A stretch of 64,000 bases of DNA from an uncultured delta proteobacterium (GTDB lineage Bacteria > Myxococcota_A > Polyangia > Haliangiales > Haliangiaceae), in NCBI GenBank assembly GCA_963848295.1, contig CAWKDB010000002.1, positions 160,001-224,000 on the forward strand, given 5' to 3'. The translations under genes were made by a program, and so were the position numbers. This document shows positions 1 through 10,085 of this stretch, piece after piece. The notes beneath the pieces were generated by a model. It searched no databases. It was not told where the DNA came from and saw only the letters and a program-made list of their open reading frames with translations. Every line of letters begins with the position of its first letter. Position 1 is the first letter of the stretch.

Positions 1-899
1 GACGAGAACACGGCCTTGCCCTTGCTGTCGCGCAGCGCCGAGGTCGCGAACAGGAAGTGGCCGTCCGCCGACCACACCGGGCCGCTCTCGTCGGTCAAAG
101 GCAGATCGACGATCCGCTCGGCGCCGCCGCCGCCGGTGGCCTTGATCCGGCACAGATCCGCGTCGACCATGTCACCGCCTGTCGTGGTCCGCGGGATCGC
201 GGCCGAGAACGCGATCGTCTTGTCGTCCGGCGAGAACGCCGGCGTGGTGTCGGCCGGGCCGTCGGTCAAGCGCACGATCACGCCGTCTGGCGTGCGCAGC
301 TCGAGGTGGCTATCGACGCCGGCGCTGCCATCGCGGTGCGGCGTGACCTCGGCATAGACGATCGCACCGTCGTGCGCGACCGAAGGCGTGACCTCGTGGC
401 CCGGCCCGCTCGTCAGCTGCTCGGGTTCGCCGCGCGCGTTGCCGTTGCGATCGATCGCGAGGCGATACAGATCGAAGTTCCCGCCCGGGGTCGCGCGCGC
501 GAACACGATCGCGCTGCCGTCCGGCACCCACGTCGGTTGACTGTCGATCGCGGGGCCCGAGGTCAGCGCACGCGAGCTCGCGTCGGGCGCGACCGGCGCG
601 ATCCACAAGCTGGTCTCGTCGAACGCTCGACCGCGGCTCGAGGCGAACACCACGAACCGATCGTCCGGGGAGATCGCGGGATTCGTATCGCGTGCGCGCG
701 TCGTCGCCGGCGACACGACCACGAGCTGGCGGTCGCCGTGCTCGTCGATCGCGACCAACCGGATCCCGGTGACCGATCGTTCCGCGACGACGATCGCGAT
801 CCGCGCCGGTGGTGGACGCGGCTCGCTCGGCGGAGCCGACGGCAGCGAGCAAGCAGCGCAAGCGGCGCTCGCTGCGAGAGCGAACCTACTTCGTCGCAG
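1..899 (-). CDS. TolB-like PD40-repeat beta-propeller protein, probable lipoprotein; runs off the left edge, start uncertain
   Basis: Not in the ORF track. Manual translation gives repeated PD40-like motifs (DTNPAISPDDRFVVFASSR, SQPTWVPDGSAIVF, TTPAFSPDDKTIAF, GPVWSADGHFLF) after an N-terminal FALAASAACAAC segment. Confidence 0.75.
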   Translation of the reverse strand, partial: MRRSRFALAASAACAACSLPSAPPSEPRPPPARIAIVVAERSVTGIRLVAIDEHGDRQLVVVSPATTRARDTNPAISPDDRFVVFASSRGRAFDETSLWIAPVAPDASSRALTSGPAIDSQPTWVPDGSAIVFARATPGGNFDLYRLAIDRNGNARGEPEQLTSGPGHEVTPSVAHDGAIVYAEVTPHRDGSAGVDSHLELRTPDGVIVRLTDGPADTTPAFSPDDKTIAFSAAIPRTTTGGDMVDADLCRIKATGGGGAERIVDLPLTDESGPVWSADGHFLFATSALRDSKGKAVFS

Positions 900-1302
900 C
901 GGGAGCCGGAGCGGCGGCGGGAGCCGCAGCAGGAGCGGCCGCAGCTGGTGCCGCCGCGGGAGCTGCGCTACCCGCTGGAGCAGGGGCAGCTGCCGGCGCT
1001 GCGCTGCCGGCGGGCGCAGGCGCTGGAGCCGCCGCGCTCCCTGCAGCGGGATCTGGCGTCGGAGCCGGGGCGACGGCCGCCGTCGACTTCTTCGTCAGGT
1101 TGGACATGTTCATGCCCTTGGTCAGATCCTTCTTATCGGGCTCGACTCCGACGTAGATGCCGAGCGCGAGGATGAGGACGGCGAGCGAAGACACGGCCGC
1201 GACGATGACAGCGCGCTTCTGCGACTCCGCAGCGTGCTGCTCGTAGACGACAAAGCTGTGTTCCTGCTCGCGTGGCCAGGACGAGAAATCGACGTAACTC
1301 AT
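886..1302 (-). CDS. Small single-TM membrane protein with Ala/Pro-rich tail
   Basis: ATG at 1302 preceded by GGAGG; TM segment AVIVAAVSSLAVLILALGIYV; AAPAPA-rich C-terminus. Confidence 0.7.
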   Translation of the reverse strand: MSYVDFSSWPREQEHSFVVYEQHAAESQKRAVIVAAVSSLAVLILALGIYVGVEPDKKDLTKGMNMSNLTKKSTAAVAPAPTPDPAAGSAAAPAPAPAGSAAPAAAPAPAGSAAPAAAPAAAAPAAAPAAAPAPAATK

Positions 1303-1418
1303 CGGAACCTCCGACTGTCGGCAACGGTAGAGCGAATCAACGAATGGCGCAATGGAATCGAACTTCGACGTGTCTCGTGCGTTGCTATGATCAGCCCGAC
1401 GATAGGGCTTGGGTGGAT

Positions 1419-2429
1419 ATGACACCGCACCGGCGCCTCGGTTCCATCATTCTCGCGGTCGCGATCCCCACGATCTTGGTCGTGATCTCGGTGGGTTGCG
1501 GCCAGAGCCAGGCCGAGCCCGCGGCGCCGGTCGCGAGTCGTGCGCGCCTGACCGCGCCCCCAGCCGCCGCGCCCCCGGCCGAGGTCGCGCTCGGGCTCGA
1601 CGACAAGGGGATCTGGAACGACCTCGACGACCAGGTCCAGATCGCGTTGCCGCGGGGGCTCGATCCAGCGCGCGTCTCGGCCCGGTTCGATGATGTCCAC
1701 GAGGTGCTCGTCCTGTCGATCGATGGCTTCCCGCGCAAGGCCTACCCGACCGGCGGCGGCACCGAGCTCACAGTCGGGCACTTTGATTTGTCGTTGCGAC
1801 CCGGCGATCGCGCCGAGCTCGCGCCGCTCCTCTCCGAGGCGCGGCTCAGTGCAGGCGAGGCCACGCACGATCGCGACAGCGACGGCATCCCCGATCCACT
1901 CGACGTCCTGATCGGCGCGAAGAAGACCGTGCTCAACGCCGACGCCTATACCGAAGAGGCCGAAGGCTACATCGGGATGAAGTATCCGATGGGCGACGTG
2001 CCGCGCACGGTCGGCGTGTGCACGGACGTGATCGTTCGCGCGGTCCGGAACGCCGGCCTCGACATCCAGAAGGAGCTGCACGAAGACATCGCACGCGCGC
2101 ACGCGGCCTATCCGATGGTGAAGGGGATGGGTGATCCGAGCATCGATCAGCGGCGCGTCGGCACGCTCCTGCCCTACTTCAAGCGGCATTGGGAGCAGCA
2201 CGGCACGAAGCTCGACGATCCGGCGGATCCGCTCCGTCCCGGCGACGTGATCTTCATGGATACGTTCCCGAGCCGGCCCGGCCCCGACCACATCGGTATC
2301 TTGTCGGACACGCTCGACGACGGCGGCATGCCGTTGGTGATCAACAATTGGACCGATGGCACGACGACCCGCGAGATGGATCTGTTGACGTTCGTGCCGG
2401 TGCTCTATCGGTTCCGCTTGCCACCGTAG
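1419..2429 (+). CDS. DUF1287 (YijF-like) domain exported protein/lipoprotein
   Basis: Signal/lipobox-like VISVGC; motifs GVCTDVIVRA, DPSIDQRRV, PGDVIF, HIGILSD typical of DUF1287. Confidence 0.8.
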   Translation: MTPHRRLGSIILAVAIPTILVVISVGCGQSQAEPAAPVASRARLTAPPAAAPPAEVALGLDDKGIWNDLDDQVQIALPRGLDPARVSARFDDVHEVLVLSIDGFPRKAYPTGGGTELTVGHFDLSLRPGDRAELAPLLSEARLSAGEATHDRDSDGIPDPLDVLIGAKKTVLNADAYTEEAEGYIGMKYPMGDVPRTVGVCTDVIVRAVRNAGLDIQKELHEDIARAHAAYPMVKGMGDPSIDQRRVGTLLPYFKRHWEQHGTKLDDPADPLRPGDVIFMDTFPSRPGPDHIGILSDTLDDGGMPLVINNWTDGTTTREMDLLTFVPVLYRFRLPP

Positions 2430-2442
2430 TAGTTTCGGCGAC

Positions 2443-4272
2443 GTGAGGGGCCTGAGCCGCACCGATCGCTCGGCTGTCCGTGCGAAGCAAAGGACGGCCG
2501 ACACCTTGCGGCGAGGGTCTCCCTTTAGCGGGGGCCTGAGCCGCACCGATCGCTCGGCTGTCCGTGCGAAGCAAAGGACGGCCGACACCTTGCGGCGAGG
2601 GTCTCCCTTTAGCGGAGGCCTGAGCCGCACCGATCGCTCGGCTGTCCGTGCGAAGCAAAAGACGGCCGACACCTTGCGGCGAGGGTCTCCCTTTAGAGGG
2701 AGCCTCTTCGTCGCCGCGGCGCTGAGCTTCGTGCTCTCGACCCCGACGGCGCGCGCCGACTCCGACGACGGAACGCGGTCGATCTATCGCGGCGTGATCG
2801 ATCGGGTCGAGGTCGAGCCCGCGACGATCGGCGGCTATCGCCTCCGGATCTATCTGTCGGCGCTCGCGCTTCAGGGTCAGGTGCTCGACCTCACGGATCC
2901 GAAATCGCTCAAGCTCTACCTCGGCACGAGCGAAGAGAAGGCGCCGTACGCGCTCGGTCGCTACGCCGCGACCGATGCAGACACCGCGATCGTGCTCGTC
3001 ATCCAGGTGACGCAAGACTTCGCCGACGCGTTGCCCGCGATCGGCGATGCCCTATCGAGCGCGGCGCTCGCCCCGATAGGTGAGCACACGGAGGTCGCGG
3101 TGATCCCGTTCGGCGACGCGCCCGGCCAGGCCAAGCTCGGGACGGTCAAGCAAGCGCACGCGAAGCTCGAAGGGCTCGCGACCGACGGCACGAGCGGTGA
3201 CCCGGGCCTGCTCGACGCACTCGACCGTGCGCTCGGCTTGTTGCGCAAAGCGAAGACCACGCCGGAAGGTCGCCCGCTCCGCAAGGTGATCATCATCGTC
3301 GGCGACGGTCGGGACCGCGCGGGCGATCGCGATCGCGTGACTCGGCTCGGCACGCGCGCCGGCAAAGAAGGCGTGCGGATCGATGCGGTCGCTTACTCCG
3401 CGAACAAGGTGCTGCGGCCGATGCTCACCCTCGGCGAGCTCGCGAAGCGATCGCTGGGCACGTTCCGCTGGGTCCGCACGTCGACCCCCGATTCGTGGAC
3501 CGCAGCGTTCAAGCAGCTCGGCGAAGAGCTCGCGCAGCAATACGTGCTGACCTACTTCGTGTTCGACAACCCCGCGGGCAGGCGCGTCCACCTCGTCAGC
3601 GTCGGCCGGACCGAGCTGACGTCGAACGAAGTGCGCGTGCCCCCGGCCGGGTGCGGTGGCAAGCCCTGCGACCCGGGTGCCTACTGCGCCTCGGACCGCT
3701 GCGTGATGCCGCTGCAAGACAGCGAGCGCGGCATCCTCGGCTGGGTGCTGATCATCGGTGGCGCGATCGTCGGCGGGCTCGTCATCCTGGGCTTCGTCGG
3801 CGCCGCGATGTCTCGCCGGCAACATCGGCTGAGACCGATGATGCCGCCAGGCGTGATGCCGCCAGGCGTGATGCCGCCAGGCGTGATGCCGCCAGGCGTG
3901 ATGCCGCCGGGCTATCCCGCGATGCCCGCGGCGCTGCCGATTCCACCGCCGGTCGTCGCGCCGCAACCCGCGCACCAAGGGCCGATCGCGGCGCTGCTCG
4001 TCGTCAACGGGCCGCGCGCCGGAGAGCGCCTGCTCGTCCGCAACGGCTTCGTGATCGGCAAGCAGCCGGGCTGCGACCTCGTGATCGAGGACGGCTTCAC
4101 GTCGAGCCAACATGCGCAGATCGCGATGGATCGGCTCGGCAACTGCTATCTCTACGACCGCGGCTCGACCAACGGCACGTTTGTCAACGGCTCGCGCATC
4201 GCCGAGGCTCCACTCGCCCACGGAGTCGTCATCCGGATAGGCTCGACAGAGCTGCGGTTCTTGGCACAATGA
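2443..4272 (+). CDS. Membrane protein: vWA-like domain, Cys-rich motif, TM, Pro-rich linker, C-terminal FHA domain
   Basis: vWA-like KVIIIVGDGRD; CGGKPCDPGAYCASDRC; TM; FHA motifs IGK...SSQHA...STNGTFVNG. The N-terminus carries three 28-aa repeats before the signal peptide. Confidence 0.8.
   Translation: MRGLSRTDRSAVRAKQRTADTLRRGSPFSGGLSRTDRSAVRAKQRTADTLRRGSPFSGGLSRTDRSAVRAKQKTADTLRRGSPFRGSLFVAAALSFVLSTPTARADSDDGTRSIYRGVIDRVEVEPATIGGYRLRIYLSALALQGQVLDLTDPKSLKLYLGTSEEKAPYALGRYAATDADTAIVLVIQVTQDFADALPAIGDALSSAALAPIGEHTEVAVIPFGDAPGQAKLGTVKQAHAKLEGLATDGTSGDPGLLDALDRALGLLRKAKTTPEGRPLRKVIIIVGDGRDRAGDRDRVTRLGTRAGKEGVRIDAVAYSANKVLRPMLTLGELAKRSLGTFRWVRTSTPDSWTAAFKQLGEELAQQYVLTYFVFDNPAGRRVHLVSVGRTELTSNEVRVPPAGCGGKPCDPGAYCASDRCVMPLQDSERGILGWVLIIGGAIVGGLVILGFVGAAMSRRQHRLRPMMPPGVMPPGVMPPGVMPPGVMPPGYPAMPAALPIPPPVVAPQPAHQGPIAALLVVNGPRAGERLLVRNGFVIGKQPGCDLVIEDGFTSSQHAQIAMDRLGNCYLYDRGSTNGTFVNGSRIAEAPLAHGVVIRIGSTELRFLAQ
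2447..2698 (+). repeat. Three tandem 84-bp copies of a palindromic element
   Basis: Units at 2447-2530, 2531-2614 and 2615-2698 are near identical (GGGGCCTGAGCCGCACCGATCGCTCGGCTGTCCGTGCGAAGCAAAGGACGGCCGACACCTTGCGGCGAGGGTCTCCCTTTAGCG); no spacers. Confidence 0.95.
3841..3912 (+). repeat. 15-bp coding tandem repeat (MPPGV), about 5 copies
   Basis: ATGCCGCCAGGCGTG repeated. Confidence 0.9.
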
Positions 4273-4278
4273 GGATCT

Positions 4279-6264
4279 GTGGGTAAGTACAGACCATCCG
4301 GGGTGATCTACGTCGCGGGACAGAAGTTCCACGTCGAAGCGCCTGTCGTGAACTTCACCGAAGGCCCGAGGTGGGACGCGACCGCAAAGACGTGCCTGCC
4401 GACCGACAACGACGGCATGCGCCTGTGCACGAGCCCCGAGGGGTTTCCGTCGACCGTCAACTACAACCAGCGCTACGCGTTGCGCCCGGCGCTGCGTCAC
4501 TACGGCGAGCATCCGCCACTCGAGGCGGTCAAGGCGGTGATCAAGCAGTTCGTCGTCCACCACGATGGCTGCAGCTCCTCGGACATGTGCTTCGACGTCC
4601 TGCAGAACGAGCGCGGCCTGTCGGTCCACTTCATGGTCGACAACGACGGCACGATCTTCCAGACGATCGATCTCGCGCTGATGGCCTATCACGCCGCCGA
4701 ATGGAACACGGCGTCGATCGGCGTCGAGCTATGCAACCGAGGCGATTGGCTCAAGGAGCCGCACTACTACGACGGCGGACGGTTCGGCCCGCTGCGCGCG
4801 CCGAAGCTGTGCCGGATCAACGGCCACACGTTCAAGGCGTTCGAATACACCAAGCCGCAGATGGAGTCGTTCCGCGCGCTGTGTCGCGACTTGATCCGGA
4901 TCTTGCCGAACCTGCCGACGGAGTTTCCGCAGAGCAGCCCGGGCGAGCCGATGTGGGACACGATGCCGACCGCGGCGTCGTTCGGGTTCGCGGGGTTCAT
5001 CGGCCACTACCACCTCACCGCGCAGAAGTGGGATCCGGGTCCGTTCGACTTCAAAGACTTTTGCCGCTCGCTGCGCGGATCGTTCTGCTTCCCGCTGTAC
5101 AACGCGCCGGATCCGAAGCGCGCCGAGCGCGACATCCCGGCGATCCCGACCGACCCCGACAAGCTGCAAGCCGCGGCGACCGAGCTGTTCAAGAATAACG
5201 AGACCAGGGCCGACGGCGGCTACTTCCCGGTCGGGCCCTGGGGCGAGGCGCGGCTGTGGCACGGCGGCGTTCACCTCGTCGGCAAAGAGGGCGATCCGAT
5301 CTACGCGCCGTTCCCCGGGCGGTTGGTCGCGGCGCGCATGGGCAAGAACGCGCCGATCGGGTCGGTCAACTTCGTGCTGCTTCGTCACGACATGGCGCTC
5401 GGCAAGTCGAAGGTCCAGTTCTACTCGCTGTACATGCACCTCGCCGACGAGCTCGCCGGCGCCGGACCGCGCGTCGATTGGATGACCTCGAAGAACAGCG
5501 GCTGGAAGCAGAACGGCAGGCCCGGCGAGGTGTCGCTGCTCGACGAGCCGGTCGAAGCCGGTGCCTTGATCGGTCACATGGGCACCGCGGGGCCAGCCGA
5601 GCTGTCGCGCGCGCAGATCCACCTCGAGTTTTTCGCGACCAGCGAGCTGTTCACCGACGTCCCCGGCTCGCCGTGGACGGTGGTCGATGGCACCTCCAGC
5701 GGACGGTTCTGCGAGGCGATCGAGATCAACAACAACATCGACACCGACCACGACGGGACCCTGTCGAGGCAGGAGCTGTCGAGCTTCTACTCGGGCGGCG
5801 GCGGGGAGGCGCTCCATCACACGGTCACGCTCAACATCTCCGAGTGGACCACCGAGCCGAGCTGGTCCGAAGCGCTGCGCGTACCGAAGGACTTCAAGAA
5901 GTGGAAGGCCGCCGACATCGACGACCTCGTCGATAATCAGATCACGCCCGGACTGTGGTGGGACGCGGCGACCGCGGCGCACTGCAAGCTGTCGCCCGAC
6001 GGCGTCGTGTTCCACTATCACCCGGTCACGTTCCTCGCTTGGTTCAACCAGCAGCTGCTCGACGCCGCGGCCCAGGCGAAGAAGACCGGCAAGGATCTCG
6101 ACGAGCGCGACGCGACGAAGGTGCCTCCGACGATCCTCGGTGACTACGACGATGTCAGCGGCAAGTCGATGCGCTCGGCCGCGACGGTCGAGGACGATCC
6201 CTGCAACAAGCTCACGCTCAGCGACATGGTGCTCGGCTACGACGCGCCGGAGTGCGGCCAATGA
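4279..6264 (+). CDS. N-acetylmuramoyl-L-alanine amidase (Amidase_2) fused to an M23-like/WHxxxH domain and an EF-hand
   Basis: Amidase_2 motifs VVHHDG, SVHFMVDNDGTIFQ, AYHA, NTASIGVE, GHYH...KWDPG; M23-like WHGGVHL, YMHL, IGHMG, IHLEFF; EF-hand DTDHDGTLSRQE; no signal peptide. Confidence 0.8.
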   Translation: MGKYRPSGVIYVAGQKFHVEAPVVNFTEGPRWDATAKTCLPTDNDGMRLCTSPEGFPSTVNYNQRYALRPALRHYGEHPPLEAVKAVIKQFVVHHDGCSSSDMCFDVLQNERGLSVHFMVDNDGTIFQTIDLALMAYHAAEWNTASIGVELCNRGDWLKEPHYYDGGRFGPLRAPKLCRINGHTFKAFEYTKPQMESFRALCRDLIRILPNLPTEFPQSSPGEPMWDTMPTAASFGFAGFIGHYHLTAQKWDPGPFDFKDFCRSLRGSFCFPLYNAPDPKRAERDIPAIPTDPDKLQAAATELFKNNETRADGGYFPVGPWGEARLWHGGVHLVGKEGDPIYAPFPGRLVAARMGKNAPIGSVNFVLLRHDMALGKSKVQFYSLYMHLADELAGAGPRVDWMTSKNSGWKQNGRPGEVSLLDEPVEAGALIGHMGTAGPAELSRAQIHLEFFATSELFTDVPGSPWTVVDGTSSGRFCEAIEINNNIDTDHDGTLSRQELSSFYSGGGGEALHHTVTLNISEWTTEPSWSEALRVPKDFKKWKAADIDDLVDNQITPGLWWDAATAAHCKLSPDGVVFHYHPVTFLAWFNQQLLDAAAQAKKTGKDLDERDATKVPPTILGDYDDVSGKSMRSAATVEDDPCNKLTLSDMVLGYDAPECGQ

Positions 6265-6431
6265 GCGAAGGCAACGGCGCCAAGACCTGGCGACTACCGA
6301 CCCGACGCGCCTTCGTCGCGATGCTCGCGGGTGCGGTCGGCGCCGCGACGATCGTCGGCGTGCGCAAGCTCGGCGTGCCCGCCCCCGCGCCTGCGGATCC
6401 CGCGTTGCCGCGGTGGATCGGCCACGTCTAA
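6261..6431 (+). CDS. 56-aa micro-protein with twin-arginine (Tat)-like signal
   Basis: Below the ORF-track cutoff. ATGA overlap with the amidase stop; MSEGNGAKTWRLPTRRAFVAMLAGAVGAATIVGVRKLGVPAPAPADPALPRWIGHV. Confidence 0.6.
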   Translation: MSEGNGAKTWRLPTRRAFVAMLAGAVGAATIVGVRKLGVPAPAPADPALPRWIGHV

Positions 6432-6443
6432 AGGCGCCCGAGC

Positions 6444-6515
6444 GGGCCCGAGCCGAGCCGATCGCTCGGCTGTCCGCGCGAAGCAAAGGACGGCCGACAC
6501 CACACGGCGCGGGCC
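6444..6515 (+). repeat. Intergenic single copy of the palindromic element
   Basis: GGCCCGAGCCGAGCCGATCGCTCGGCTGTCCGCGCGAAGCAAAGGACGGCCGACACCACACGGCGCGGGCC aligns with the 2447 unit. Confidence 0.9.
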
Positions 6516-6537
6516 GGCGTTGTTGTAATGTCCGCGC

Positions 6538-7593
6538 ATGGTTCGCCGCCTAGCCTGGGTCCTTAGCGCCGTCGTCCTCGCATCCGTGTCGGTTGCGACC
6601 GCGCAGCCGAAAAAGAATGTGCCCGCGAAGAAAGGTCCGATCGCGCCCGCGAAGGACGCGCCGGCAGCGGGCTCGGGCTCGGGCTCGGGCTCGGGCGATG
6701 CAGGTGCCGGCAGCGCGGTGCAGATGACCGAGGACGCGCCGCCGTCGGACATGAACGGCACCGACGAGAACCCGGACAACCCGCACGAGGTTGGCAACGC
6801 CGACAACGGCAAGCCGAAGCCGCCGCCGTCGACCGCACCCGCCGTTTATCCGATCGAAGAGGCGCTTCGCCCGATCACGCTGTTCGAGGGCATGGCCGAG
6901 CTGTCGATCGCGCCGCACGCCGAGGTGTCGCCGTTCTGGAGCTCGGACGCGCTACGCGCTCGCTACGGCATCACCCGCCAGTTCCAACTTGGAATCACCT
7001 ACGCGTTCGCCGGCGTCTACGATGATCCGGCGACGGTGCAGAAGCAGTACGCGATCCACCCCGGCAAGGCGGTCGGGATCGACGTCACGTATTTGATCCA
7101 GAGCTGGATCGGCGTGCGGATCGGGCTGCCGTTCTACTTGAACCCGTTCGCGATGTCGTTGTCGATCGCGGCCCCGATCAAGTTTCACTTCGGCGACAAG
7201 TTCGCGCTCGGTGCGTTCGATGATCTATTGAACATCAAGCTCTCGAAGTTCCCACCGAGCTTCACGAACGAGCTGCAGAACGCGAGTGCCGCGCAAGGCA
7301 CGACGACCGGCACCGAGCAATCCGCTGGCACGCTGCGCCTGTCCGGCTACGGCATCTATCAGGTGCAGTCGAACGCCGCGGTCACCGGTCGGATCGGCAT
7401 CGACATCGACGACCTGTCCGGCGGCTCGAGCACCGCGGGGGCGGGCACGACCGGAACGACCCAGGTGTTCATCCGCGCCGGGATCGACTTCACGCCGCGC
7501 CACTGGATCGATCTCGGCGTGTCGCTCGGCTTCGACGATCTCGCGCACGGCGGATCGTTCGACCCGCAGCTCTACTTGGCGCTGCGGATCTGA
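6538..7593 (+). CDS. Exported probable outer-membrane beta-barrel protein
   Basis: Signal peptide, low-complexity linker, amphipathic strands, C-terminal LYLALRI. Confidence 0.65.
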   Translation: MVRRLAWVLSAVVLASVSVATAQPKKNVPAKKGPIAPAKDAPAAGSGSGSGSGDAGAGSAVQMTEDAPPSDMNGTDENPDNPHEVGNADNGKPKPPPSTAPAVYPIEEALRPITLFEGMAELSIAPHAEVSPFWSSDALRARYGITRQFQLGITYAFAGVYDDPATVQKQYAIHPGKAVGIDVTYLIQSWIGVRIGLPFYLNPFAMSLSIAAPIKFHFGDKFALGAFDDLLNIKLSKFPPSFTNELQNASAAQGTTTGTEQSAGTLRLSGYGIYQVQSNAAVTGRIGIDIDDLSGGSSTAGAGTTGTTQVFIRAGIDFTPRHWIDLGVSLGFDDLAHGGSFDPQLYLALRI

Positions 7594-8669
7594 GTCGACG
7601 GTGCGTCGGGTGCGGCGATCACTTCGAACCGCTTGACGCCGACGAGCTGGCCGCCGACCGTGTAGGTCTTGCACGACCACATCCCGATCGGATCCTTCGG
7701 TAGGTCCTCGGCCGGGAAGTAGCTGCGGTACACGACCGCATCGCCGTCGCACTCGATGCGGTCGGGCGACACGCGGGCGATCTCGGCGCCACGCAGCGTC
7801 CACACGTGCTCGATCGGTTCCTTGAGCCCGCCCGGCTCCCGCAACAACGAGCCACAGCGCAGGCGCTCGAGCTGATCGCGACGGAGCTGATGCTTGCTCG
7901 GTGGCAAGCACTCGTAGCTGCCCTCGGTGCCGTTGCCGACCGCGGTCTCGGGCATCGCGAGCGGTGCCGGCGGGATGAACGCGCGGCCGTACCACACCGC
8001 GGCGAGCAAGCCGCCGGTCGTGGCGAGCGTGAGGAGCGCGCCTTGCGGCGACAGCACCTGGCGGACCGAGAACGACAACAGCGCGACCGACGTCGGGGTC
8101 GCCGCGGCGGCGCAGATCAAGCTCGTGCGATGGTCGATCCCGAGCACGAGCGGCAGCAACACGTTGAGCAAAGCGAACATCGCGAGGCCGTACATCGCGG
8201 AGGCGAGCCAGCGCCGCTCCATCACGAAGTGATCGAACACGAGGTCCATCGTCGACAGCACCGCGCAGATCAGCAGGATCGGCGCGAGCCACCAATTCCA
8301 CGACTGGAACGACCAGGTCGCGCTCGACGCGTAGAGCGGCGTCAGGAAGAAGAACATCTGCTGGTAGAACTGCTTGATGACGTAGTTCGTGACGGTCCGG
8401 ATGCCTCTGCGCGCGATGCCCTCGTCCTCGCGACGATTCGCCGGCCCGACGATGAAGCGCAGCGCGACGAACAGCAGCAGCCACGACGCGAACAGCGCGA
8501 TCATGACCTTGTCGGCGTGGGCGAGCCCGGCGCGGGCGAACAACATCACGCCGACGCCGAACGACAGCGCGAACCCCGAGTGCAGCCACCACAGCTTGCG
8601 CAGGATCCGGCGCAGCCGCGACGGCGGTGCACCAGGCTGCGTGCCGGGATCGGCGTCGGGTGCTCCCAC
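7572..8669 (-). CDS. Multi-TM protein, DUF5924/DUF2914-like
   Basis: WWLHSGFALSFG, QQMFFFLTPLY, C-terminal GLKEPIEHVW...GMWSC. Confidence 0.65.
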   Translation of the reverse strand: MGAPDADPGTQPGAPPSRLRRILRKLWWLHSGFALSFGVGVMLFARAGLAHADKVMIALFASWLLLFVALRFIVGPANRREDEGIARRGIRTVTNYVIKQFYQQMFFFLTPLYASSATWSFQSWNWWLAPILLICAVLSTMDLVFDHFVMERRWLASAMYGLAMFALLNVLLPLVLGIDHRTSLICAAAATPTSVALLSFSVRQVLSPQGALLTLATTGGLLAAVWYGRAFIPPAPLAMPETAVGNGTEGSYECLPPSKHQLRRDQLERLRCGSLLREPGGLKEPIEHVWTLRGAEIARVSPDRIECDGDAVVYRSYFPAEDLPKDPIGMWSCKTYTVGGQLVGVKRFEVIAAPDAPSTQIRSAK

Positions 8670-8705
8670 GCGCCTATCTTACCCGCACGGTCGCGTCGCG
8701 GGCGG

Positions 8706-10013
<1,308 letters not shown>

Positions 10014-10085
10014 CGGCGCGCAGCGTAGCCGAGATGCGGCACCGAGCCGATGGCGGTCGCAAAATATTCGGGCTACGGTGGCGGC

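Noticed and set aside
2447..2530. Hammerhead ribozyme or tRNA (CTGA motif, multi-stem fold)
   Set aside because: Lacks the CUGANGA/GAAA core and tRNA T-loop/CCA features.
2447..2698. CRISPR array
   Set aside because: The 84-bp units are contiguous and near identical with no unique spacers, and no cas genes are present.
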